From: Candidatus Izemoplasmatales bacterium | Lineage (GTDB): Bacteria > Bacillota_I > Bacilli_A > Izemoplasmatales > Hujiaoplasmataceae | DNA length: 64,000 nucleotides | Assembly: GCA_050949045.1 (NCBI GenBank) | Contig: JBMNEZ010000001.1 | Span: 416,001 to 480,000 of the forward strand | Direction of reading: 5' to 3' | Position numbers and translations under genes: made by a program | In this document: positions 9,158 through 19,179 of the stretch, one piece after another | Position numbering within the stretch: position 1 is the first letter of the stretch | Layout of the letters: every line of letters starts with the position of its first letter | Notes under the pieces: generated by a model | What the model was told of the DNA's origin: nothing | Database searches by the model: none | The model's input: the letters and a program-made list of their open reading frames with translations, nothing else

Positions 9158-11665
9158 ATGAAAACAAGAATACTCGGATTATTGATGGTTAGCTTAACCC
9201 TCGTTTTCCTTTTTGCTTGTAAAGAAACTTCGATCACCACGGCCTTGACCGATTCAACTACAACTGCGATCACAACCAAGACCAGTGTTCCCACAACCGC
9301 GACTGAGGCGACGACCACGACAACTGCCAACGATGATTTTCTGATCGCCAATCCCGGCTTTGAAAGCGGCGATCTTAGCGGTTGGACGGTGCTTTCAGGC
9401 GAAGCTTTCGCTTCGGAATATGTCACAAATGCTTCTCGCATTGGCTCCGCACCGTACAACAAAGCCGGCAACTATCTCTATGGCGCCGCTCCGGAAGCGT
9501 TGATTGGAAAGATGCGCTCTGAGAGTTTCCGAGTTTCGGGCAGCGGCTATGTGTCCTTCCTACTAGGTGGCGGCTATCTATCTGCTTTATGCTATGTCTC
9601 TGTTGTCGAGGAATCAACGCATCTGGAACTCTTCCGGATCGGCAATGAGGCTTTAGAGATTGTCGAACACTTCGGTCAGATGACGAGGCACTATGCCGAC
9701 TTATCGCCCCATCTTGGAAAAGAGGTTTACTTCCTTGTGGTCGATGATCAGACGGCCAACGGCGGCTATCTGGTTGTCGATGATTTCATATCCTATTACG
9801 CCAGCACGCCCAATACTGATCAGGGAATCCTCGCAACGGACATCAAACCGAGTTTTCCGGATCTGACAACGATCCCGAACAGTCTCGATAACGGCGATTT
9901 CGCAACAAGAACGCTTGAAGGCTGGACAATCAGCGGCGAAAAGGGCGTCTTTCGCGACTCGCATATCAACGAGAGTGGAAGGCTCTCGAACCGTCCCGAT
10001 GAGACCAAGATCGGCGTCCTCCGCTCCCCGGCCTTCAAAGTCAGTGGGAAAAACATCATCTCCTTTCGGCTCGGAGCGACCAAACACGCTGATCTAACTT
10101 ATCTGTCGATCAAAGAAGTGGGCACGAACATCGAAGTCTACCGGACTTACAGCGATCGCTGGATCGACGCTCATGAGGAGGCAACCCATCTTTATTACAT
10201 CGATCTTGGAAAGCACAGCGGACAGGCTTTGTATTTGGAGTTTGTCGACAACTCCCGGGGTGATTGGGGACTCCTCACGATCGAGGATATCATCACCTAT
10301 TACGACAGCGATCCCGTCGTCACCGACGAGATCGGCTGGAATCTGCTTAATGAAATCGATCATAGACGTGATTATGATAATATGCGCGACTATATCGATC
10401 CGCTAATTGCCTCAATCTCCGATGAGGCTGAACGGATTACCTTCCAAAAAACCTTCTATTCAACCGTCGATGGCATCAAAAACAACAAAGGCGACTGGCC
10501 CGGCGTGCTCCACTACAAGGACAACGGAATGACTTTTGTCTATACGGGGGACATCCACGCGATGTGGCTAAGGGATTCGAGCGCTCAGGTCCTGCCTTAC
10601 CTCCAGTTCATGGAAATGGATCAGGATGTGAAACATATGGTCAGAGGCTTGCTTTTGCAGCAGTTCGAGCAGATCCGCCGCGATCCCTATGCCAATGCCT
10701 TCAACCCCGACGGGAGCGTCTTTGAAAAGAAATTTGAGATCGATTCGCTTTGTTATCCCTTGTGGCTCGCTGATAAGTATTACTCGCTTACAGCTGACGA
10801 TACGATCTTCGACTACTTCTTTGAGCTGACCGTCCGGAAGGTGATTGAGACCCTGAGAAACGAGCAGAACCATTCCGATCATAATTACCGGATCGAGAAC
10901 GAATACGACCGTTCGGTCGGCTCAAATGACTTCAATCCGGAAAGCAAGTTGATTTGGAGCGGCTATCGTCCAAGCGACGATGTCTGTCACTACAAGTACT
11001 TCATCTCCGGCAATATGTTCGCTGTCGCCACTCTGGAAAAAATGGCTATCCTATTTGAAAATCTCGGTCTTGACGATGAACTTCGCCTGGAGATGGAAGA
11101 CCTGGCGGAGGAAGTAAGAACCGCGATTGAAACCTACGGCGTCTATGATCACCCCGTCTATGGCAAGATCTATGTTTTCGAGACGACCGGCCTGACAAGC
11201 GATTCGGGTTCGGCAGCCGAAAAAATCTTGGCCGATGCGGCCAATATCCCGAGTTTGTTGGCGGCTCCGTGGCTTGGTTATCTCGAGGTCGACGATCAGG
11301 TCTACCAGAATACCAGGGCCTTCATCCTGAGCGATGATAATCCGTATTACCATGAAGGGACCTATGCGAGCGGCATTGGCGATCCCCACGACAGCATCTA
11401 TCATGAAAACCCCGCCCTTCCCGTCGTTTGGCACATGGCGCTCGCCATGCAAGGTCTCACGGCCACTGACCCCGATGAGATCGATTTGATGCTTGCCTAC
11501 ATGAAAAATACGACTGCGGGCACTTATGTAATGCACGAGGCCTTCAATGCCAACAACCCCTCCCAGTACACCCGTGATTTTTTTACCTGGCCCTGCGCCC
11601 TTTATGCCGAACTTTATCTCAGAAACAAACTCAACATCAACCTTGATCAAGGAGTGACGCCATGA
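9158..11665 (+). CDS. Lipoprotein glycoside hydrolase family 125 (exo-alpha-1,6-mannosidase-like) with N-terminal CBM-like module
   Basis: Start re-called at ATG 9158 after AAGGAGG; lipobox LFAC; GH125 motifs TGDIHAMWLRDS, DPYANAF, EKKFEIDSLCY, RPSDD, MHEAF, FTWPCALYAE. Confidence 0.88.
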   Translation: MKTRILGLLMVSLTLVFLFACKETSITTALTDSTTTAITTKTSVPTTATEATTTTTANDDFLIANPGFESGDLSGWTVLSGEAFASEYVTNASRIGSAPYNKAGNYLYGAAPEALIGKMRSESFRVSGSGYVSFLLGGGYLSALCYVSVVEESTHLELFRIGNEALEIVEHFGQMTRHYADLSPHLGKEVYFLVVDDQTANGGYLVVDDFISYYASTPNTDQGILATDIKPSFPDLTTIPNSLDNGDFATRTLEGWTISGEKGVFRDSHINESGRLSNRPDETKIGVLRSPAFKVSGKNIISFRLGATKHADLTYLSIKEVGTNIEVYRTYSDRWIDAHEEATHLYYIDLGKHSGQALYLEFVDNSRGDWGLLTIEDIITYYDSDPVVTDEIGWNLLNEIDHRRDYDNMRDYIDPLIASISDEAERITFQKTFYSTVDGIKNNKGDWPGVLHYKDNGMTFVYTGDIHAMWLRDSSAQVLPYLQFMEMDQDVKHMVRGLLLQQFEQIRRDPYANAFNPDGSVFEKKFEIDSLCYPLWLADKYYSLTADDTIFDYFFELTVRKVIETLRNEQNHSDHNYRIENEYDRSVGSNDFNPESKLIWSGYRPSDDVCHYKYFISGNMFAVATLEKMAILFENLGLDDELRLEMEDLAEEVRTAIETYGVYDHPVYGKIYVFETTGLTSDSGSAAEKILADAANIPSLLAAPWLGYLEVDDQVYQNTRAFILSDDNPYYHEGTYASGIGDPHDSIYHENPALPVVWHMALAMQGLTATDPDEIDLMLAYMKNTTAGTYVMHEAFNANNPSQYTRDFFTWPCALYAELYLRNKLNINLDQGVTP

Positions 11666-14163
11666 AAAAGCTGATTCTTTTGATTCTGACCATTATTCTC
11701 ACTTTTGCGCTCCTGCCCTTTTATTCAAGTGTGAGAGCGGAAGCGCCCCTCAGGGAGTATGGAGCCGATCTCGCCTTTAAAAGGCGCGTCGTCTCGAGTC
11801 CGAATACCGATCAAAACCTCAACATCAATGCCGTTGACAACGATCCTTCAAGCCGCTATGCGGCCGTGAAGGATGATTCTGCCTTTTTCTATGTCGATCT
11901 CGGATCAGTGGAGAAGATTGGCAAGGTCGTAATCGCTTTCGAAGCGGCCTATGCCAAAAAGTATCTGCTTCAACTGTCAAACGATGCCTTGACGTGGACG
12001 ACGGTGGCGACGGTGACCAATACCAAGGCGACGGTGAATGAAATCATCTTCCCCGAGTACCTTGAAGCCAAGTTTGTCCGTTTTCAGGGCGTTGAAAGGG
12101 GCATGGTTGATTATGGCTATTCATTCTGGAGTTTCGAGGTCTATGGACCCAAAAACCTGGCAGTGGGGGCCAATGTCGTCTTTGTTTCCTCAAATGAAAA
12201 CGAAGTCGAACTGAACAAAAGCTGTCTGACCGACGGCCTTGCCCACACGAGGTGGGCATCCGGCGTCGCTGATGGCCAGCATGTGATCATCGACCTTCTT
12301 GAAGCCAAGACTTTCGATCTCATCAAGATCCGCTGGGAAGTCTCCTTTGCAAGACGGTTTGCCATTTATGGCTACGAGGGAACACCTGATGGCGCTTATC
12401 CCGAAAGAGACGATGCTTCCTGGTTTGAAATCGAGAGATCGGATGTCGGTCTTGGCGAAGTCGATACTTTCAAACTTGATGGTGATCAGACCACAAGATT
12501 CATCAAACTCGAACTGATCCAAAGGGAAACGAACGAAGTGACGAAGAAGACCGGACGTTTTCCCTGGGAATCGACCTTCTCGATTTATGAATTCGAAATC
12601 TATGACTGGGATGCCATCCACGCAGCTCCTCTGGGCAGCGTCATGGAATTTTCCAAAGCCGCTCCCGCCTGGACGGCGATGGCCAACATAACCTTGAATG
12701 AAAGCGGGTTATTGCTGGCGCCGATCGGTTATCCCATTGAAGCCGATGGCAAGGTGACCGACCTTGCGAGCATCGCCAGTGGCGACATTCCCGGTTTTGA
12801 ATCTTATGCTGTTTATAATCCCGCCGTCATTTATGATGATGAAAGGGAAATGTTTCATATGATCTACCGAGCGGAACTCCCCGATAACTTCCATCACTAT
12901 TTCGGGGAGAAATATCCGCTTGGCCATATGTCCAGCCTGGCTTATGCTTTTTCCTTCGACGGCATCAACTGGGAAAGAGGAGCCGAAAATCCGATCGCCT
13001 GGGCGACATCCGCCGATGAAAAAGGCGGCGGCCTTGAGGATCCCAGGATGTTCAAAATCGAAAATGACCCTAATCGGGGGGGACTGACAACCTACTACAT
13101 CACCTACACGATGTATGACAACAACATGACTCGTGAGGGCATCATCTACACCCATGATTTTGTGACTTTCACCAAGGTCGGCAGACTCGCTCCCGATTAT
13201 CCAAACAACAACAAATCAGGAACCTACGTGACAGACCCCGAAGGGAATGCCGTGCTGATCAATGACCCAAGGCCGGGCAAGACCGGCAAGGTCTACATGA
13301 TCTACATGAAAGACGGAGGTTACACGAGAATCGGCTTCACGACCGATGTCATCAGGATCGAAGCCGAAGACATCATCGATATCGACACTTCAGGGTTTGG
13401 TTCAAACCATATCGAAGCCCTGACCAAGGGCAATGAGTCGTGCATGGCCTTGACCAATATCTATGGAGAAGAAGATCAAGATATTTATCTGATGTATGGC
13501 GGCGGCGTCCTGAGCGATCCGGAAATCAAGAACCAACAACCAAACGCCAGCGGCTGGTTTTATGCCTTGGGCGTTCTCAAAACGACCAAAGCGAATCCGT
13601 TTGAACTCACCCATTTCGATTATGATCTTAATGAACCCTCGATGTATCCCACCGATACGAACAAAATCGATTACGGCCTCTTCGACAAGTGCATGTTCGC
13701 CGATTCGCTGATCCGCCATGACAATCAATGGTATCTCTACTACGGAGCTGGCGACATGTATGTGGGAGCCGCCCTTGCAAGAGCGGATTTCACCGCCCCC
13801 AGCGCCACCTATGAACTCGAAGGCACCACTTTGATCGCAAGCACCACCGCTCTAAACAAGAAATACAAAGACGAGATGACGCCGCTGCTTGTCGAATTCG
13901 CGGTTGACGTCTACAACCTTGACGGCACCTTGCTCGACACGGTTGTGAAGAGTTATGAGATCGAGCACTTCACCATCTCGCCAATTGGCATTTACGAACA
14001 AGGCACCGAAATCACGGTAGCGGTCGATTTAACAAAGATCAGCGCGCTGGAAACGGATTACTATGTCATCGGTTACATCCGCGATCAACTTACAAAAGAA
14101 CGGCTGAACAATCCTTCAAGTTATCTGCACGTCACACCGATCATCATTTATCCTGAAGGTTAG
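11662..14163 (+). CDS. Secreted protein with two F5/8-type-C (CBM32-like) domains and a GH130-like beta-propeller domain
   Basis: Signal peptide ending VRA-E; discoidin motifs 'AVDNDPSSRY..VDLG..FEAAYA..', 'TDG..TRWAS'; GH130-like 'VYNPAV', 'GLEDPR', 'YYITYT', 'LYYGAGD'. Confidence 0.75.
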   Translation: MKKLILLILTIILTFALLPFYSSVRAEAPLREYGADLAFKRRVVSSPNTDQNLNINAVDNDPSSRYAAVKDDSAFFYVDLGSVEKIGKVVIAFEAAYAKKYLLQLSNDALTWTTVATVTNTKATVNEIIFPEYLEAKFVRFQGVERGMVDYGYSFWSFEVYGPKNLAVGANVVFVSSNENEVELNKSCLTDGLAHTRWASGVADGQHVIIDLLEAKTFDLIKIRWEVSFARRFAIYGYEGTPDGAYPERDDASWFEIERSDVGLGEVDTFKLDGDQTTRFIKLELIQRETNEVTKKTGRFPWESTFSIYEFEIYDWDAIHAAPLGSVMEFSKAAPAWTAMANITLNESGLLLAPIGYPIEADGKVTDLASIASGDIPGFESYAVYNPAVIYDDEREMFHMIYRAELPDNFHHYFGEKYPLGHMSSLAYAFSFDGINWERGAENPIAWATSADEKGGGLEDPRMFKIENDPNRGGLTTYYITYTMYDNNMTREGIIYTHDFVTFTKVGRLAPDYPNNNKSGTYVTDPEGNAVLINDPRPGKTGKVYMIYMKDGGYTRIGFTTDVIRIEAEDIIDIDTSGFGSNHIEALTKGNESCMALTNIYGEEDQDIYLMYGGGVLSDPEIKNQQPNASGWFYALGVLKTTKANPFELTHFDYDLNEPSMYPTDTNKIDYGLFDKCMFADSLIRHDNQWYLYYGAGDMYVGAALARADFTAPSATYELEGTTLIASTTALNKKYKDEMTPLLVEFAVDVYNLDGTLLDTVVKSYEIEHFTISPIGIYEQGTEITVAVDLTKISALETDYYVIGYIRDQLTKERLNNPSSYLHVTPIIIYPEG

Positions 14164-14171
14164 GAGGAATC

Positions 14172-16292
14172 ATGATGAAAAAATACTATCTGCTCTTCCT
14201 CCTTATTCTCTTGACTGCTCTTGGCGGCTGTCAAGAGGAAACGACTCTGCCCACAACCCTGCCGGTCACAACTGCCTCAACCACCACTCTGTTGGCGCTT
14301 GAGGCGCCCGGCAATCTTGTTTTGGCCGACAGGACTCTGAGCTGGGGCGAGGTGCCGGGGGCGAATGAGTACATCGTCAGGATCGACGGCAGGGAAACAA
14401 ACGTTTCGACAAACTCCTACCTTATCCCGGAATCCGTTTACGGCAAACTCTCGATCAGTGTCAAGGCCAAAGCCGGGACAGTGGAATCACCGTTTTCAAA
14501 TCCGATACTGAGAACGATCTACTATGTGTTGTCACAGCCGGAAAATATAGCCCAGAACGGCACCTTGATCACCTGGGATGAAGTTCTATGTGCGAGCGGC
14601 TATGTCATCAAGGTGAACGGTGTCGAGATCGTCCTTGAAGACAATGAATACAATATCGATATCGCCACCTCTAAAACGATCAATGTGAGAGCGATCTGTC
14701 CCTCTGATTCCTATATCATCAATAGCGATTTCACTGTTGATTTTGTGACCAAGACCAGACTGCAAACGCCCTCGGGCATCCGCTATGAAGAAGGCAGGCT
14801 GGTTTGGGATGCGGTCGCAAACGCTGATGGTTACCGGCTGACGATCGGGGCTTCCAGTTACCAGGTCGCGATCAATGTTTTTACCGATGTTTCGGCTTAT
14901 CGCGGAGAAGAAACAGTCACTGTGACAGCCAAGAACACTCTGGGGCTGTATCTTGATTCGATTGCGGCTTCAGCGATCATCGATTTTCCGATCCAGAGAC
15001 TTCCAAAAGTGACCGGCATAGAAGTCTCTGGAAACAATTTGAGGTTTGAGGGAAGCGCCGGCGCCACCGTTTATGATATCTACTATGGCGGGAACTACTT
15101 TGCGACGATCACGGAAACAACCTACCTCATACCCCCCTCGATCATGGCTGATCCAGACAGCTATCTCCAAGTCGTTGCCAAAGCCGATGGCTTCCATGAT
15201 TCGCCTCTGAGCGAGAAGGTCTTCGTCAACTATGAACTGATCTCGACCGAAGCGGAACTGATCGCCATGACCGCCGGCGGGCACTATGTTCTCGCAAACG
15301 ATATCGCGCTTACTGCGCCCTGGATTCCGCTTGATTTCTCAGGAAGCTTAAACGGCAACGATTTCGAGATTTCAAACATCGTTATCAGCGACGCATACCA
15401 GAACACCGGTTTGTTCGGCGTCTTGAATGAAGCGACGATCACCAATCTCAACCTGAACGGCGACATCAATTTCATCAGCGGTTTGTTTGCGGTCAATGTC
15501 GGTTCTCTCGCAGGAACGATCACAAGTTCAGAGATCGCCAATGTCAGCGCCAGATTCACGATCAACGCAGCTTCCCATAACGGAGTGGGAACAGTTGGCG
15601 GCCTGGTCGGCCTGCTTGAAAACACCAATCTCTATCGAAGCCATTTTGCGGGCGAAATAACAACCGCCAATATGACCACCGGCGGCCTCATCGGCAAGGC
15701 CCAGAACCCACTCGCATCCTCATCAGTCCACCAGTCAAGCGTTACAGCCGCCATCTTTAGTTCGGGCGGCCTTGAGAGCCCGGCGGGCGGTTTCATCGGC
15801 GTCATGAACAACAATTATCTTTCAATCAGCGAAGCTATGGCGAGGGTTGAAGTGGTCGGCGCAAACACCGTCGGCGGTTTTGTCGGCCGACTGGACTTTG
15901 GACATATCAGCGACAGTTACGCTATCGGAACCGTGGAAGCGACAAACACCGAATTTGTGAGCCTCGGCGGCTTCATCGGCATGCTTGTGGGCTACAACGC
16001 GACCGTCGTCAATATCTTGTCGGCTGTCGATGTCGTTGATCCTTTGGGCAACATTGAAGTCTACGCGGGCGGCTTCACGGGACTTACACCCGGAGGCAGT
16101 TACGCTCTCATGTATGACAATTGTCACTACCAAAGCCTGGCAAATCCGATTGACCGGATCGGCAACGCCGAAACCGGCAGAGGCGATGGCATCGCCCTGC
16201 TTGTCGGCTTAGAAGACATTTCCGGCTTCAGCCCATCAATCTGGGATTTTGGGACATTCTTCAAGTTAGTATGGGAAAAAGAAGCAGACTAA
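14172..16292 (+). CDS. Lipoprotein with FN3-like repeats and GLUG-type beta-helical region
   Basis: Lipobox LGGC, Thr linker; repeated 'P.N/G......WD.V..A.GY'; 'GHYVLANDI', 'GLFG', multiple 'VGG[LF][VI]G' repeats. Confidence 0.75.
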   Translation: MMKKYYLLFLLILLTALGGCQEETTLPTTLPVTTASTTTLLALEAPGNLVLADRTLSWGEVPGANEYIVRIDGRETNVSTNSYLIPESVYGKLSISVKAKAGTVESPFSNPILRTIYYVLSQPENIAQNGTLITWDEVLCASGYVIKVNGVEIVLEDNEYNIDIATSKTINVRAICPSDSYIINSDFTVDFVTKTRLQTPSGIRYEEGRLVWDAVANADGYRLTIGASSYQVAINVFTDVSAYRGEETVTVTAKNTLGLYLDSIAASAIIDFPIQRLPKVTGIEVSGNNLRFEGSAGATVYDIYYGGNYFATITETTYLIPPSIMADPDSYLQVVAKADGFHDSPLSEKVFVNYELISTEAELIAMTAGGHYVLANDIALTAPWIPLDFSGSLNGNDFEISNIVISDAYQNTGLFGVLNEATITNLNLNGDINFISGLFAVNVGSLAGTITSSEIANVSARFTINAASHNGVGTVGGLVGLLENTNLYRSHFAGEITTANMTTGGLIGKAQNPLASSSVHQSSVTAAIFSSGGLESPAGGFIGVMNNNYLSISEAMARVEVVGANTVGGFVGRLDFGHISDSYAIGTVEATNTEFVSLGGFIGMLVGYNATVVNILSAVDVVDPLGNIEVYAGGFTGLTPGGSYALMYDNCHYQSLANPIDRIGNAETGRGDGIALLVGLEDISGFSPSIWDFGTFFKLVWEKEAD

Positions 16293-16451
16293 GAATTTTG
16301 GATAGATAAACATAGGATTGTAGGAGGTGGTGCCTTTGATTGAAAGAAACATCGAGGCGCGAACAACAATGAGAAACGCATCTAAGGGATTGCTTGTGCT
16401 CAAAAGCGAATTACCAGACAAACGAGAAGCAACTTATAAAGGAGAATGTGT

Positions 16452-16583
16452 ATGAAAGAAAAACAGACAAAAAAACAATATGAAAGGCCGATGCTTGAAG
16501 TGATCGAATTTGACCTCGAAGACAGCATCGCGACGAGCATGGATTTCGGCCCTTCGACGATTTGCGGTGAGCAGACATGGTAA
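16452..16583 (+). CDS. Putative RiPP precursor peptide A1 (43 aa: MKEKQTKKQYERPMLEVIEFDLEDSIATSMDFGPSTICGEQTW)
   Basis: Translated by hand; RBS AAAGGAG upstream; YxxP leader motif; paralog at 23101 with an identical 21-aa segment differing only by synonymous changes; stop overlaps ATG of next gene. Confidence 0.88.
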   Translation: MKEKQTKKQYERPMLEVIEFDLEDSIATSMDFGPSTICGEQTW

Positions 16584-19057
16584 ACATCAAAAAGGCTTTG
16601 GCCTGTTTTCTCGTCGTGACGCTGTCACTCTTGACGGTGGCCTTTCTTGCGAAAGAAACGACCATCAAGGCAACAGGGGGACAACAAACAGCTGAAAGCG
16701 TGGAATTGACCCTCGTGAGCTACTTTGACCAGGAAAACACGATCACATCCGTGTTTGAGATTCCCGAGGAGGGAACGCGGTGGTTTGATGAGTCGACAGA
16801 CAAGCTCCATGTCTATACTTCTGGAGCCTGGGACGCGGGAACAGCTGTCCCCGTTGTCGCCCCTGAGATGCCATCAACCGGCGACATGTGGTTTGACGAG
16901 GCAAAGAACACGCTCTACACTTACCTGGCTGAAGGTTGGGATGCCGGCGAGGTACTGCCGACCGCGGAACCCGATCTCAAGTATGGACAGAAACTGTCGT
17001 TAAACAGCAGTTTGGCATCAATGCCGGGATATTCATTTCTCTTTTGGGAAGTGAACGGATCGATTCGTCATGATTATGCTATCGATCACGTGTTCACTCT
17101 AACCAAAACAAATGTCATCAAGGCTGTTTTCAGCCCTTCTGACAGGCACGCGGTGGTTTTTGTGGATGCCAACAGTGAGATCCTTAAAGTCGAGTATGTC
17201 GCAGATAACGGAACTGCCACCCCGCCGGAGACCCTACCATCAAAACCGGGATATTCAACCAACGGGTGGGATGTCAGTTATGAAAATGTCACCGATGATG
17301 TCGTGACGGTGTTGCAGTATACTGCCACAGACACGACTGAGTATCTGGTTACGGTCGAAAACGGCACCGGCGATGGCAGTTATGCTTATAACACTGTTGC
17401 GACCGTTACTGCGGACGTCCCTTCACAAGGAAATTATTTTCATCATTGGTCGGTCGGCGACGAGATCGTCAGTTATCAATCGACTTACAAGTTTTCTGTC
17501 TATGGTGCGACAACGATAACCGCAGTTTATGAGGGTTCAGCGCCTTCCGACAATCCCTACGTGGTGCTCGGGGATGATCTGGCGATCAGATCCGGCTCAA
17601 AAACCTATGTCGGTCAGTTCTATGTTCCAACCGGCTACACATTGATCGAATACGGGATCTTGACATCGATCAGCGAAGCGGAAATCAATCTCGACACCAT
17701 TAGGACAACAAGGTATCCTGGCTATAAGTACAATGCGGCCACCAAAGAATTCGTGATGAGTTTTGAAGAAAACGAAATCACCGCCGCCAGGGCTTATTTG
17801 ATTTGTAGTGATTCGGAAGATGCTATCCACACTTATTACAGCGGCCATAGATACTCGTCTTCCATCTATCAAGTCAAGAATGGCGGATTTGAGTTTGAAG
17901 ACGGCGCCATAACCGGTAGTCTCGATGGCTGGTATGGATACAACATTTGGAAGAACGAAAAGGGAATGCAATCATTCCTTCGTTGGGACGATGGGAATGG
18001 AAAATTTGTCAATCTTGATGACCGCGTCGTGAACACAACGTATTTTGACAATCATCCTTATAACAGAGATGGCAGTTACAATCTCGGGATCACATGGCCG
18101 GGAGGCAGTTGGGATCAAACATCAGAAAGAATGGGACATCTCCGTTCATCTAATTTCACGCTTGGCGGAAGCGGATGGATCAGTTTCAAACTCGGGGGAG
18201 GCAAGTCTAGCTCTTTCGCTTTCGTATCCGTTAGAAGAGCTTCGGATAACTATGAGGTCGCCCGTTTTGGAAACAAGAACTACAACAATACTGCAATCGC
18301 GTCGGCACAATACGGTTCGGCCATAACCAATGCGGAAGCATTCTTATTCCAATACTACTATGACTTAAGCGAATATTTGGGCACAGAATTGTATTTCCTC
18401 ATCACAGAATCATCATCAAAAGAATGGTGTATTCTCTCAGCCGACTCATTCGTGACCTACTATCCAATAGCGCCCTCAACTGATTCGGATACCTTAGCCA
18501 CAAATATCCTGCCAACGATTTACAATGCCGGATCCTCAACGAACCAGTTGGCAAACAACCTTAATGGCAATGTTAATAATTGGGGGAACCCAAATAATGT
18601 GTTCCGTTGGGATGATGGGGCAGGAAGAACTAATGCTATTAGTGGAGATAACGATTTGGGAGTCGCCCGTTCATCAGCGTTTAATATCAATGGGCCCAAC
18701 ACCTATCTATGGTGGCAGTGGGAAGGCAATATCAGTCAAGACAAACAATTGTTCATATCCATCAAAGAGGTCGGGACAAACATTGAAGTTTTGCGATTGG
18801 TAAGAAGAGACAACTTGTCAGGAAAAACAGGTGGTGGATTTGACAATCACTGGTTTGATCTCAGCGGGCTTGATGCCGGCAAGGAGTACTATGTTGAACT
18901 ATGTGACAATTTGACCATTGGTTGGGGCTTGATCAGTATCAAAGATATTTATCTGGCACAGAATAATCAAAGCGACAAGGTTGGGTCGGCTCAACCAAAT
19001 GACGTGGCGGTTTCAATCTCAGGAATTGAAACCGAGTTTGCTTACGAGGAACCTTGA
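16577..19057 (+). CDS. Secreted multidomain protein: shared N-terminal 'YFD' region plus C-terminal tandem CBM-like module
   Basis: Signal peptide; N-terminal region aligns by eye with 23242 and 25825 proteins; C-terminal half aligns with the module in the 3652 protein (ERMG.LRS.NFTL.GSG.ISFKLGGGK). Confidence 0.8.
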   Translation: MVNIKKALACFLVVTLSLLTVAFLAKETTIKATGGQQTAESVELTLVSYFDQENTITSVFEIPEEGTRWFDESTDKLHVYTSGAWDAGTAVPVVAPEMPSTGDMWFDEAKNTLYTYLAEGWDAGEVLPTAEPDLKYGQKLSLNSSLASMPGYSFLFWEVNGSIRHDYAIDHVFTLTKTNVIKAVFSPSDRHAVVFVDANSEILKVEYVADNGTATPPETLPSKPGYSTNGWDVSYENVTDDVVTVLQYTATDTTEYLVTVENGTGDGSYAYNTVATVTADVPSQGNYFHHWSVGDEIVSYQSTYKFSVYGATTITAVYEGSAPSDNPYVVLGDDLAIRSGSKTYVGQFYVPTGYTLIEYGILTSISEAEINLDTIRTTRYPGYKYNAATKEFVMSFEENEITAARAYLICSDSEDAIHTYYSGHRYSSSIYQVKNGGFEFEDGAITGSLDGWYGYNIWKNEKGMQSFLRWDDGNGKFVNLDDRVVNTTYFDNHPYNRDGSYNLGITWPGGSWDQTSERMGHLRSSNFTLGGSGWISFKLGGGKSSSFAFVSVRRASDNYEVARFGNKNYNNTAIASAQYGSAITNAEAFLFQYYYDLSEYLGTELYFLITESSSKEWCILSADSFVTYYPIAPSTDSDTLATNILPTIYNAGSSTNQLANNLNGNVNNWGNPNNVFRWDDGAGRTNAISGDNDLGVARSSAFNINGPNTYLWWQWEGNISQDKQLFISIKEVGTNIEVLRLVRRDNLSGKTGGGFDNHWFDLSGLDAGKEYYVELCDNLTIGWGLISIKDIYLAQNNQSDKVGSAQPNDVAVSISGIETEFAYEEP

Positions 19058-19079
19058 TTTTTTTACTTGCCGTGATTCA

Positions 19080-19112
19080 AAACCCCCGATGACACGCCGT
19101 TGTCGGGGGTTT
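19080..19112 (+). terminator. Intrinsic terminator-like hairpin
   Basis: AAACCCCCGATGAC-loop-GTTGTCGGGGGTTT inverted repeat after the 16577 gene. Confidence 0.7.
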
Positions 19113-19179
19113 CATAATGGTTGAGGGAAATTCAAGCAAATGATGCTAGCTCAGATGTTTTATGATAAAATACAAATAG

